From Octopus sinensis (lineage: Eukaryota): DNA of 64,000 bases. The position numbers and the translations under genes were made by a program. Of this stretch, positions 12,420-24,199 are shown piece by piece. Location of the stretch: contig NC_043008.1 of NCBI RefSeq assembly GCF_006345805.1, positions 20,212,001 to 20,276,000 on the forward strand, written 5' to 3'. Numbering within the stretch: the stretch's first letter is position 1; each line of letters opens with the position of its first letter. Under the pieces are notes generated by a model. It was not told where the DNA came from and did not search any database. It saw nothing but the letters and a program-made list of their open reading frames with translations.

Positions 12420-13470
12420 GTTTTGAAATATATACTAATGGAAATATTTACTCAATAATATAACAGACACTTCATGTGACAGTCCCAGAAAAGGGAAGAA
12501 TTCTACTGTTATTTAGCCCTAGGTAACATCGTTTCCTGTTGGACTTGGCAAATTTCCTGTGTCCTTAGGTTTTCAAAGTGGACACAAGCACGTCCACCCA
12601 GCAAAGCCAGCATCCAGAGACTAGTTTCAGAGTCATTGCTCATCATCAGTTTGGAGTGGCAGCTGTCGATGTCTATCTACTTTTGAAAACATATATATTT
12701 CAAGTGAAATACATTCACCGATTTTTGAAAATAGAAATAATATATTTCTAAACCCCTCATTAAGTTGACAACATACTATCACATTATCGTGTTCCTACTG
12801 CATAAACCTCTCGGAGGGATTTAGAAATATATTATGTGTATTTTCAAAAATTAGTGAATGTTTTCAAAGGCGGATAGGCATCGACATAGAAGAAGGAATG
12901 GTAGTAATATGGGATGGTGGTGTGTTGGTGGTGTGTTTGGTGGTGTATGATTTATTTGCTATTCATTCTGCAAGTTTTAGGGATGGTCATTCATTCCGCA
13001 GAGTTAAAGGTGGTTGTACATCTATTTGTTCTATTTCATTCAAGACGTAAATCTACTCAATAAATTCTGAACCCAACAGATGGCCCGCTGCTATACAGTG
13101 AGGTTTGTTGACCGAATTAAGTAATAGCACCCCTCTTATGGTGACTCATTCACTGTTTCTGTTGTTATAGTGTTTGTCATCTTAAACATTGGTATGTTCG
13201 CTTATTTGTTTTGGTCCATTCAGTTACATAATTTGTTAAATTCGTTTCAAAATATTTTTTTCAAATTCCATAAATGATATTTTGTTCCTATGTTCTCATG
13301 ATATACACATATCGGAGTGTCTATTTATCACGTTTTTCCCAGGATGTGATTATTTCCGGGGTTTCTTCAAGGCATATGTTGCATACTCGTGAAGTATGCA
13401 ACGTATGCCTTGAACTTCATGCCTTGCACTTCTTGCGGGATGGTGCGCTTTCCTGCAGGGATGGAAACAC
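12420..13470 (-). mobile_element. Penelope-like element 3' remnant: C-terminus of the GIY-YIG region, 3' UTR, internal inversions and HHR
   Basis: Minus-strand TSRVCNICLEETPEII[fs]HPGKNVINRHSDMCIS*EHRNKISF matches the PLE C-terminal C..CL.EK..I....LN.R.E....CRH..K pattern. Inverted repeat 12664-12758/12814-12886, hairpin 13366-13414, HHR 12606-12660. Boundaries approximate. Confidence 0.7.
12606..12660 (-). ncRNA. PLE-type minimal hammerhead ribozyme motif
   Basis: Minus strand: gccacTCCAaA-CTGATGA-tGAGcaatgaCTCt-GAAA-CTAG-TC-TcTGGAtgctggc. Palindromic ACTAGT helix III and GUC cleavage triplet. Confidence 0.65.
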
Positions 13471-13509
13471 GTGAGTTAAATTAGTGATACAAAATATGTA
13501 TACAATATG

Positions 13510-13918
13510 TATACAGGAGTGGCTGTGTGGTAAGTAGCTTGCTAACCAACCACATGGTTCCGGGTTTTAGTCCCACTGCGTAGCAATCTTGGCAAGTGCC
13601 TTCTGCTATAGCCCGGGCCGACCAATGCCTTGTGAGTGGATTGGTAGTAGGGAAACTGAAGGAAGCCTGTCGTATCTTATATATGTATATATATATATGT
13701 GTTTGTGTGTGTCTGTGTTTGTCTCCTAGCATGCTTGACAACCGATGCTGGTGTGTTTACGTCCCCGTCACTTAGCGGTTCGGCATAAGAGACGATAGAA
13801 TAAGTACTGGGCTTACAAAGAATAAGTCCCGGGGTCGATTTGCTCGACTAAAGGCGGTTCCAGCATGGCCGCAGTCAAATGACTGAAACAAGTAAAAGAG
13901 TAAAGAGAGAGAAAAAGA
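13510..13918 (+). mobile_element. tRNA-derived SINE family B, full length
   Basis: Head AGGAGTGGCTGTGTGGTAAG...GGTT, internal (TA)/(TG), tail ..GACTGAAACAAG(TAAAAGAG)n. 12-bp TSD GTATACAATATG at 13498-13509 and 13919-13930. Confidence 0.92.
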
Positions 13919-15037
13919 GTATACAATATGGGATACAAAATAGTGAAGGAGAGAGAGAGAGAGAAACAGACAGAGAGATAGACAGACAGATGGACAGAGA
14001 CAGAGATAGTGAGAATATAACTCAGCCTGATAGATGTTCAAAATGTATTGATACCTGTTGTATAAAGGAAACTTTCTGTCTTATGAATAAAATAAAACTG
14101 TTGGTACGTTTTTTTTCACAGTCTTTCTATATCACACATAAAACCACGTCATTTTTTTTCTTTTCCCTTTAACATTTCCTTCTTTTTCACGAGTGATAAT
14201 AGTCGTGAAGACAGATACGTCATCACCCCTTAATGAGTTTACTTGAGGATATGAAGTTTGAGAATTCGTATATAAATCTGTTAGAATTGTTTGTAGTATT
14301 TCATATCCTACCTCTTCGGTTAGATTTGGAATTTATATGACAGGTGCAATAGCTGTTAATTCTAGAATTTAAATTCTCCATGATATTATTACAGTTTTCA
14401 CCATTCTGTTTGCTTAGACGTTCACACACAAGTTTAATAACTTGGGGATTTTACTAATTAGTTTAGTCAAATTATTCCGCTTGCTTTGTCTCAAGGCTTT
14501 TATTATTCTCGGAACCGTTTCTAGGCTTTCTAGTCGTATTCGGGATTATATTAGCATTGAAATTACTGCGTTTATTTCCTATGCTTCTACACTTTAGTAA
14601 AAGAATTATATAACTTATAAGCGTATTTTATGCTTTTGCGCAATACTTACTTTTAAACCAGAGATGTTTTTATTGGAGGAAGAAATAAATTGAATCTTAT
14701 TCTCAAAACCACTTTCAAAAGAGCGTCTTACAAATATTCTGAGTTATTATTAAATACATCTACCTTAGACGAAAGTTTGGATATTCTAAGAGAAATCTTC
14801 TTTAGAAGATTACTTATAATTGATTTTAGTTGATTGGAATTTTTGTGAATGAGTTGAGATTTACGTCGGATTGGCAGAAACAAATCAACTGAGACGTCAT
14901 GGCAGTTGGATTTTTTGCCAATCAGTGATGAAAGTGTTAAAATATTTAGAGAACGTTGATGTGTACATGTGTTTCTGTGTGTATTTTCCTTTTTATGCAT
15001 ATGTGTGTATGCATACAAATATATATATATATATATA

Positions 15038-15103
<66 letters not shown>

Positions 15104-15112
15104 CATATATAC

Positions 15113-15213
<101 letters not shown>

Positions 15214-15306
15214 TATAGTTTTCCTTTTTGGTAAAACATTGCCGTCTAGATTAAGTTATATTATGGACATTAGGGATTCGCTAAAACATCCGGATTATGC
15301 CTGTCA

Positions 15307-15379
15307 AGCGGTCCGTACTGATGGGGCTATTGAATCAGCCAAAACACTGGCCAATCAATGTACGGAATTCTTGACCGCT
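15307..15379 (+). ncRNA. Decayed type-I hammerhead-like fold with a true hairpin helix III
   Basis: AGCGGTC CGTA-CTGATGG-GGCT attgaatc AGCC-AAAA-CACTGG ccaa TCAATG-TACGG..GACCGCT. Helices I-III pair but the core has A9>G and G12>A. Confidence 0.4.
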
Positions 15380-15430
15380 GCCAGTACATATGTATACAAT
15401 TGTGTGTTTTAACTACAGCATTAGAGCTTT

Positions 15431-15542
15431 TTAACCACTACCCCATATGCCCGTGGGCATATGGCGTATTGGTTAAGAACGCGGGCTACTAACTCCAAGT
15501 TTCCGAGTTCGGTTCTAAGCAGTGAACTGAACCATAATAATG

Positions 15543-15582
<40 letters not shown>

Positions 15583-15756
15583 TAACAATAATATCGAAAA
15601 ATACCTTAGGAATAAGAACCCAGGATCTAAATTTCCCCAAGACACCTGATGAAGGCTGGAGGATTTATCAGCTGAAACGATGTGCTAACAGCAAACAAGA
15701 TGAGGACAAATGTAAATAATGTAAATAATTCCTCATTTCTTAATCATAGAACTGTA
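15431..15756 (+). mobile_element. tRNA-headed SINE with internal (AAT)n and a hammerhead-containing tail, preceded by an inverted copy of its own 5' end
   Basis: A box TGGCGTATTGG, anticodon-arm-like GGGCTACTAACTCC, B box GAGTTCGGTTC, (AAT)n at ~15534-15593, CAC-CTGATGA-a-GGCTG..CAGCT-GAAA-CG-aT-GTG at 15643-15684. 22-bp inverted repeat at 15431-15452/15455-15476. Confidence 0.7.
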
Positions 15757-15990
15757 TAGAGCTCTTAATTTAAGGATTTCTAATAGAATGTATATATATA
15801 TATTCTGTTCGTGATACATGTATGATTCTGTTCACGAAATTGTGACAGTAAACTGGAATAAAGCATGAAACCATAAATGTATAATTAACTAGGTTATGGA
15901 ACCGCCGTCTCGTAGCCGTATTCTCTGTTGAGATCAACATCATATTTTTTTTTTCATATTGTATCTCTATTGTCATAATGATTTAAGATT

Positions 15991-16052
15991 CGATTCGAAC
16001 TCACATCCTCACGATCGTAAGCTCGACACTCTAGCCACTGAGCCATGCACCT

Positions 16053-16055
<3 letters not shown>
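15991..16055 (-). mobile_element. SINE tRNA-like head fragment (family D-like)
   Basis: Minus strand GTGAAGGTGCATGGCTCAGTGGCTAGAG...CTTACGATCGTGAGG..GAGTTCGAATC. Confidence 0.75.
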
Positions 16056-16117
<62 letters not shown>

Positions 16118-16418
16118 TGACATAGTTTCTCTCACCAGATAGCAGTAATTGCATTTATTAGTGGCAATTGCTGTCTTCAACATGAATTCCTTTTATGGAG
16201 TTCTGAAACCTCCTTTACCCCATTTCTTCAATTAAAAAAATCTTTATTGCTTCTAACCTTACAGCAGTTAGGAACAGCTGTATCTTAGTCAGTCCGTGGA
16301 AGGACTTCACTACCTCATATGTTCTTAAAATTTAAATCCAGAACTTTGTCTGTAATCTACCTTCTCTATAATGTTGCCACTTGATTTGAACAGTTTTGTA
16401 TTAATGGAAAACCTCTAT

Positions 16419-16509
16419 AATTTGGTGATGAGTACTCAGCATCTTAAATATGTGGTAATACTTACAACATTTAATAAAATGATGTAGTACGAAACGATCG
16501 TACCAAATT
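16419..16509 (+). ncRNA. PLE-type hammerhead motif with extended helix II, in a Penelope-like terminal segment ending at (TA)n (~16638)
   Basis: AATTTGG-TGATGA-GTACT..(~49 nt)..AGTAC-GAAA-CGATCG-TA-CCAAATT. 7-bp helix I, palindromic helix III, C3 missing. Confidence 0.7.
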
Positions 16510-16657
16510 ACCGGAGTCATTCTTGTTGCTTATTTTGATTATAATCACCCCACGGATTTTATGGATAACACCATACAAAATTCTGGTGCATCTAAATTAA
16601 GCACCATATGCATTTGAATCTAAATTTTTGCTGAACTTATATATATATATAATTATA

Positions 16658-17067
16658 GGCGCAGGAGTGGCTGTGTGGTAAGTAGCTTGTTTACCAACCA
16701 CATGGTTCCGGGTTCAGTCCCACTGCGTGGCTCCTTGGGCATGCATCTTCTACTATAGCCTCGGGCCGACCAAAGCCTTGTGAGTGGATTTGGTAGATGG
16801 AAACTGAAAGAAGCCCGTCGTATATATATGTATATATATGCGTGTGTGTGTTTGTGTGTCTGTATTTGTCGCCCTAGCATTGCTTGACAACCAATGCTGG
16901 TGTGTTTATGTCCCCGTTACTTCGCGGTTCGGCAAAAGAGACCGATAAAATAAGTACTGGGCTTACAAAAGAATAAGTCCCGGGGTCGAGTTGCTCGATT
17001 AAAGGCGGTGCTCCAGCATGGCCGCAGTCAAATGACTGAAACAAGTAAAAGAGTAAAGAGTAAAGAG
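16658..17067 (+). mobile_element. tRNA-derived SINE family B, full length
   Basis: High identity to 13510-13918; (TAAAGAG)n tail. Confidence 0.92.
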
Positions 17068-18023
17068 TATATATATATAATACAGTATCTATAGACACAT
17101 ACACATAAAACACGAATGAGTGATCATATCAAAGAGACCCCCGATCAACACATTGGTAGAATTTGCACATATTTTATATCCTTTTAACAACAGTTTGAGT
17201 CTGATCCAAATGACTTCAATCTCCATGAGCGTGAGACATACGTCCATCTTATCAGATGCTAAATATATACATACGCGTTTGTGGATAGCTAGCTTGACAG
17301 ATCGATATGTTCCTTAGCATGCGCGTGCCCCTGTGTGTGCATATGTATTCATGTGTACGTGTATGTGTGTTGTGTGTGTGAGAGAGAGAGGGAGGGATAG
17401 AGAGAAAGTAATTGTTGGCATCTTCATACATAACGGTCTATATTTTTTATATTTATATTAAAAATAAGTGAAATAAGATCAACCTCACAGAGAGAGAGTG
17501 TTCAAATTATGAAGGCACCTTGTTTGGTTGGTTCATTGCAGTTCATCATACAACACCAAAATAAATGCATAAATAGAGTAAATGATAATAGAGTTGTTTT
17601 ATTTCTATTGTTAAAGTATTTAATAATGCACCAAGAACTCATTTTGCCTGAACACAGGAACTCACAAAAGGTTAGAATTCCGTTTCCCCAAATATTCAGA
17701 TTAATGAGAAACCAGCGTTTATATAGCTAACGTTTATGTAGGAATATCAGTTTTATATGCGTCCATATTTGTAGCTATAACATTTGAAATGTGCATGTGT
17801 ATCCCCACTTCTATAAATACATGAGTGTGTGTTTTTGTGTTAAATATATATGTATGTATATATAAATATATATATTGGTATACGTAAATATGTATATAAA
17901 AATGTTTGCGTATATCTATCTACATATCTATCTACCTACCTATCTACACATCCATCCATCCATCAATCAATCTATCTATCTATATCTATACACACATACA
18001 TACATACATACACATATCACACA

Positions 18024-18090
<67 letters not shown>

Positions 18091-18940
18091 CATTATATAG
18101 AACATTATAGATATGTATATATGAATATGTGCTTCTAAGTATGCATATATGCATGTTTATAAGTATATATATATATTTATTTATGGATAGACGAACAGAT
18201 AGATAGATAGATAGATAGATAGATATATTATATATGAGTGTATGCGTGCAGGTGGGTATGAATGTGCATATTTGTGAAATTATAGACGTAGAAATGCAAT
18301 GAATTATAACTTACATGTCATTTAGAAGGGGAAAAAAGAACGCTACGGAGGTGGTAGAGCTTTGCGAAAAATAGGGAGAATGAGTTGAAGGATTTACAAC
18401 TTTATTTGATAGAAAATTGAATTTTGTGCTCAGGGGAAAATCTAGAAAAATAAGGAAGTAAATGGAGCGCTCAGATCCCTTAAAGAAAGCAATGTTTTCT
18501 CAAATATTGTTCACTAGATCCCTAGAGCAAATCGTTATTTTGACAAATCTGACTTAATCCAAGCATATAAATTCTTACACGAGGAGAATTCTGCCTAGTG
18601 TATAGTTGATAATTAGATGGAATTCTAAAGTGTAAGATATTCTGTCGGGCATATATACAGATATATATTTTTGTTTGTTCTTTTATACCTTTCAGCCCAA
18701 AGGGTGTGTCCACACTGGAGCACCGCCATACTGTTTTGTCGCCTTTTCAACGGACATTTGGTTTGTGATTGAGTTTCTCCCTGCAAGAAAACATGCTGTA
18801 TAATGCTATACTTCTCAAAATGGTTACAATGTGTTGATTTCTCAGTTGAAATAATTAATTATATAGCCTTGGTGTTCCTACAATCTTATATGAACACACA
18901 CACACGCAAATACGCACAAACATACACCTACACATACCTG

Positions 18941-18991
<51 letters not shown>

Positions 18992-18996
18992 TATAT

Positions 18997-19027
<31 letters not shown>

Positions 19028-19041
19028 TATATATGTATGTA

Positions 19042-19490
19042 TGCACCCTTAACGTTGTTATCAGGAAGATTCAGCGTGACACAGAGTATGACAGGGCTGG
19101 CCCTTTGAAATACAGGTAGTACTCATTTTGGCAGGTGAACGAACTGGAGCCATATGAAATAAAGTGACTTGCTGAAGGACACAAGGCGTCGCTGGGAATT
19201 GAACTAACGACTTTACGATCGTGAGTTCAATTCGCGGTGACGCGTTGTGTCCTTGAGCAAGTCACTTTAGTTCACGTTGTGACAGTCCACTCAGCTGGCA
19301 AACATGAGTCATACCTGTATTTCAAAGGGCCAGGCTTGTCCCACTCTGTGTCTCGCTGAATCTCTGTGAGAACTACGTTAAGAGTGCACGTGTCTCTGGA
19401 GCGTTCATCCACTTGCACGTAAATGTCACGAGCAATTTGTTCCATTGATCGTATCAGCTGGGACCCTTGTCTTCACAACCGACGGAGTGC
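19042..19490. mobile_element. Head-to-head inverted pair of family-D SINEs with tail 2 (fold-back)
   Basis: 19042-19210 is the diverged reverse complement of 19219-19388, with an 8-nt spacer. The plus copy continues to ..AACCGACGGAGTGC at 19490. Confidence 0.85.
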
Positions 19491-19495
19491 TCATT

Positions 19496-19578
<83 letters not shown>

Positions 19579-20780
19579 TTGAGTAGTTGAATGAATTTTC
19601 TTATTAAGGATAATTCGAAAGATAACCGATACCTGGGTAGCAAATTCACATCAGAAAGAACACGGTTGAAGCTAGGGCATAGACTACGTGTCTTCATGCG
19701 GAAATTTGTATGTTCATTTTAAAATTATAAGTATATGAAAGAATGGAGTTGAACGACTAGTTAACGAATATCCTTTATTCTCGACATATGTATATATATA
19801 CATACATACATACATAAAGATGTTTACATGATATATGCATAAATACATATAGATGTGTGTGTTTGTATCAGTGTGTATGGATGTGCGTGTGTAATATATT
19901 TTAACCTTCCTCGAAGCTTTTGTGTTCTTTAACCGGGAGTCAATCTCTCCATAAAATAAAACAAGAACCAACCTCTTTAACGGATGAACCTTCTAGAAGT
20001 GTTTGGAAGTCTATAGAAAAACACCCAAATTTGTGAACATAAATTTTTTTGTAGATGTTTGTTGATTAAAAGTTGATTAAAAGGGATTTTTGTTGATTAA
20101 AAGTTACTTTCGATGCTGCGAAATATCTACGCAGGTGTTATATATTTCTTTCTAACGAAGAGTTTTATTCAAAAGAAATATTTTTCACATATGTGTGACA
20201 ACTCGCACTAAAGCGCTGTATTATAACATAAAACAGTCTTTAAGTAATTTCCAACGATATCTGGAGATTATTGTCGATTATGACTGTAGTACATTCCCAA
20301 TGTGTCAGATAATGTTTCCATACAGACGTTACACAACGTTTTCATACATATAAAGCAGCTGTTCCAAGAAATATCCGACATTTATCAGATATATTTATGA
20401 TATATCAGATTTCAATTTTCTCTGCTGTAATTACGATCTGCTAGAAATTTGAACGAGATCACATTAGAAATAAAATAAGATTTTATAACGAGATTCTATG
20501 AAAAATCGATGGCAAGTCAAGTAATTCTTCTGCAATATGTGTCTACCACACATTCATAAAGAAAGTGTGCAATTTGAAGAATATGACGGTTTTCTGAGAC
20601 ATTTGGCTTCTCTCGTTTGCAATAGTTTTCACATTTATAATGTATCGATAAAATAACTATGCTCTTGATCTGTGAATGTTAACCATGGTTAAATAATGCT
20701 TCTTGAAAATTACATGTATATGTATATATATACATACATATAGATAGATATGTGTACATATACATATATATAACACCTAT

Positions 20781-20829
<49 letters not shown>

Positions 20830-20852
20830 TATATATACATATATGTATACAT

Positions 20853-20901
<49 letters not shown>

Positions 20902-21039
20902 ATATATAATATATATATATAGATAAATAGATAGATAGATAGATAGATAGATAATTGATAGATAGATTGATAGATAGATTGATAGATAGATAGATATACC
21001 TATATATATATATACGTATAAATAACACATTTTGTATAA

Positions 21040-21101
<62 letters not shown>

Positions 21102-21130
21102 ATATATGTGTGTGTATATATATAAGTATA

Positions 21131-21452
21131 ACCTTTCTTTTGCTGGGTTCAAATCTCATTTGCGAACCCATGGGAAACGAACCTCCAACAACTATTCTGC
21201 CTATATGTCTGTTCACACCTTTGACTGCAGTGTATGCCAGAAGGTTTGCTTATCTAACGGAGGCCCCCAAAAGAAATTTCAAGATCCACAAAGAACAGAA
21301 TTTAACTGCAGCTCTCGGTAGTCCAAACCGTATATGCTATCTACGTGGGTTGCTTTTCAAAACATTGTCTGGTTTAGATGCCATGATGGTTGTAAGCTGT
21401 AGGTACAGGGGGTGGTCAAACTCTGCATAAGGAGTAGACAACCACCATATAT
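21131..21452 (+). mobile_element. 5'-truncated RTE-type LINE 3' end encoding decayed C2H2 zinc fingers
   Basis: [11 protein letters not shown]; [15 protein letters not shown][fs]KRNFKIH; RICYLRGLLFKTLSGL. Short 3' UTR ending ..GTAGACAACCACC(AT)n. Flanked by TA repeats. Confidence 0.7.
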
Positions 21453-21492
21453 ATCGTAAAATAATAAAGAGAAAGTTCTTGGTACGGTATTA

Positions 21493-22098
21493 TATATATT
21501 TGAAAGAATGAGTTGAGATGGTGTTTTGTGGGGATAATTTTTATTTTAATCTTAATAACAATGTTTACAGTGAGTACATACACACATGCAGCCTCACATA
21601 CAGATATATATATACACCTATACACAAACCCACATATATACGCATATATATAGTATATAAAGGTGTGTATACTCATGTGTTTTCCTCTGAGGTCTGTATT
21701 TGGAATATTTTTTTGCTTTGCTGATTGCTGTGTCAATTAAACTAGTGGGATATTTTGTTCTATAAGAAATATGTTTAATTCCTTTAATCTTTTATCCATT
21801 AATTCTGTATCTATTACTATAGCGCAAATTCGTTTTGCCCTATAAAAGGGTGTTTTTTTTTTTTTTGGTATGTGAGGGATTGGAAGAATAAAAGTTCAAA
21901 TATCGTGTCTGTAGGCTTGGAGGAGAGATGTGTGCATATGTGTATATATGTATCTGTGTGTGTGAGTTTGTGTTTGTGTGTGTATGTGTGTGTGTGTGCA
22001 TTCATATGTATATGTACTCACTGTAAACTATTATTACGATTGAAATAAAACTTAGCCTCTCAAAAAAGCCATCTCTACTCATTCTTTCAAATATATAT
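21493..22098. repeat. Inverted repeat with ~85-bp arms (21493-21580 / 22011-22098) bounded by (TA)n
   Basis: TTTGAAAGAATGAGT.GAGATGG..TTTT..GTTTACAGTGAGTACATA is present in both orientations. Confidence 0.8.
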
Positions 22099-22278
22099 AT
22101 GTATATATATATGTGTCTGTGTGTGTATGTGTGTGTGTGAGCACATATATATTAATTTCATCAGTTATTGGCTCCAACCGAAGGCTGGGGCCATGCTGGA
22201 GCCTGTGAGCTGTGGTAATTTTGGTCTCATTTCTGTACTGTCTTTTGGTGCAGATCTGAGTTGATGAATGCATCACAC

Positions 22279-22331
<53 letters not shown>

Positions 22332-22770
22332 AATGTATTATTTAGTATCCACCTATAAGCGTTTTCCGTATACATTTTGTCATTAATGATTTTTTCTTTG
22401 TGATTTATTTTGTATCATCCTGTTGCGTTCCGAAAACTGTTTTCACAAATTGTGTTTTCCCCGAAGTCGAAACACTATCTGCCATTGTGCTCTTGTGGAA
22501 TGAAGCAAAGCAAGCCTTGCAGACTACTCAAGAGAACACATAGTAAATGGTCCACAAGCACTCAAGCAAACTGCGTCTTTATCTTGTTCTATTCGCCAGA
22601 AGGTTTGGAAGGCGTCTGTAGGCCTTAGGGGACACATTCGTGTCCATAGAACATGATTAATGTTATATTTCACTGAACACTTATTTGTTCAGTGACAAGT
22701 TAATCGATCATGTATACATATATACATATGTATACAAATATATGCATGCATATACATATGCATATATGTA

Positions 22771-23000
22771 TTTCTTTACTGCCCACAATGGGGTAAACAT
22801 AGAGGGGACAAACAAGGAAAAATAAAGGGATTAAGTCGTTTACATCGACCCCAGTGCGAAACTGGTACTTTATTTATCGACCCCCGAAAGGATGTAAAGC
22901 AAAGTCGACCTTGGGGGAATTTGAACTCAGAACGTAACGGCAGACAAAATACGGCTACGCATTTCGCCCGGCGTGCTAACGTTTCTGCCAGCTCACCGCC
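22771..23000 (-). mobile_element. tRNA-derived SINE family C, monomer
   Basis: Head GGCGGTGAGCTGGCAGAAACGTTAG, B box GAGTTCAAATTCC. 18-bp TSD TACATATGCATATATGTA at 22753-22770 and 23001-23018. Confidence 0.92.
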
Positions 23001-24199
23001 TACATATGCATATATGTATATATATATATATAAGCATATATATGCATGAATACAACCACAAATACAAATAAAAACATGTATAACAGTGTATTCTTAAAAT
23101 TGGTGCAGATTGTACTGGCTACTAGATGAATAAACAGTTAGTGGAAACAGTTAGTGGAAACTCAAACCGAAAAAATCCCAATGGATTCATTTTTACAAAA
23201 ACATGTAGTAATGATAAAATCAATAGGAAAACACTTATATGTGGATACAGAATAATATATTATATATTTAAATATATACAATAGCATGAAATTAGATAAT
23301 TCGTGTGCGTTGTTACGTATTGAATTATATGTGCTAAAACGAAACAATAAAAATAGCAAAAATATTAATGAATTCATTTTTTCGATAACGGAAACGCAAT
23401 CCTTGTGGTATGTTTAATGACACTCAAAGGAAACAGTATGTTTTCTCAAAATATTCAGAATTAATTCAGCAGAAAATTGAGTTTTCATGGCTCGAGGGGA
23501 AAATGTGTTTTTTAAGAAAGAAAATTAAGGAATGTTTGAAATATGGCAAATGTTGAATGAAGAACGATTTGATGATGTCTGTTTCTATCTGTTTCGAAAC
23601 GGATATCTTGACTTCGTATAGCACTAATGTACCATTATCTACTAGTACAAATGTGGCACTGAAATTAAACGTTGACTAAAAGATATTATTTTAAAGTTAT
23701 TTTCCTCAACAGTGAACGCGTCTCGGTCCGCTACGCTCCATAGAAAGTAATTTGAAGTCGAACGAATCACAGATTGCTCTCTTTATTTCTCTTCCTCTCA
23801 AGGCAATTTTGATAGCACTTCTCTTGCAAAACAAAACATATTCTATCACATTTTAAAATCAAACATTTTCTATTACGTTATTAAATCTTTATCTTAATTA
23901 ATTTTGTAAATTAAAATGTAAAATACTCTACGTTCGGATTCTGTTTAAGCTGGAATACATATTCTCAAACCTTTTACTGTAGAATTAGTATTGTTTTACT
24001 CTGCCAATCAGATCGGAGAAAACTTTCTTCTTCTGCTATTAAGATGGCAAAAATGTAAGTCGAATTATTAAATTGGACGTACAGTTTAATAAATTTGACT
24101 CTGTCCCTTATGCAAACGTACTTGTGAGATATCTGACAATTCATGCGGCGAAAATATTTGTAATTAGTGTGCTTTGAATTACACTGACGATGGAGAATT

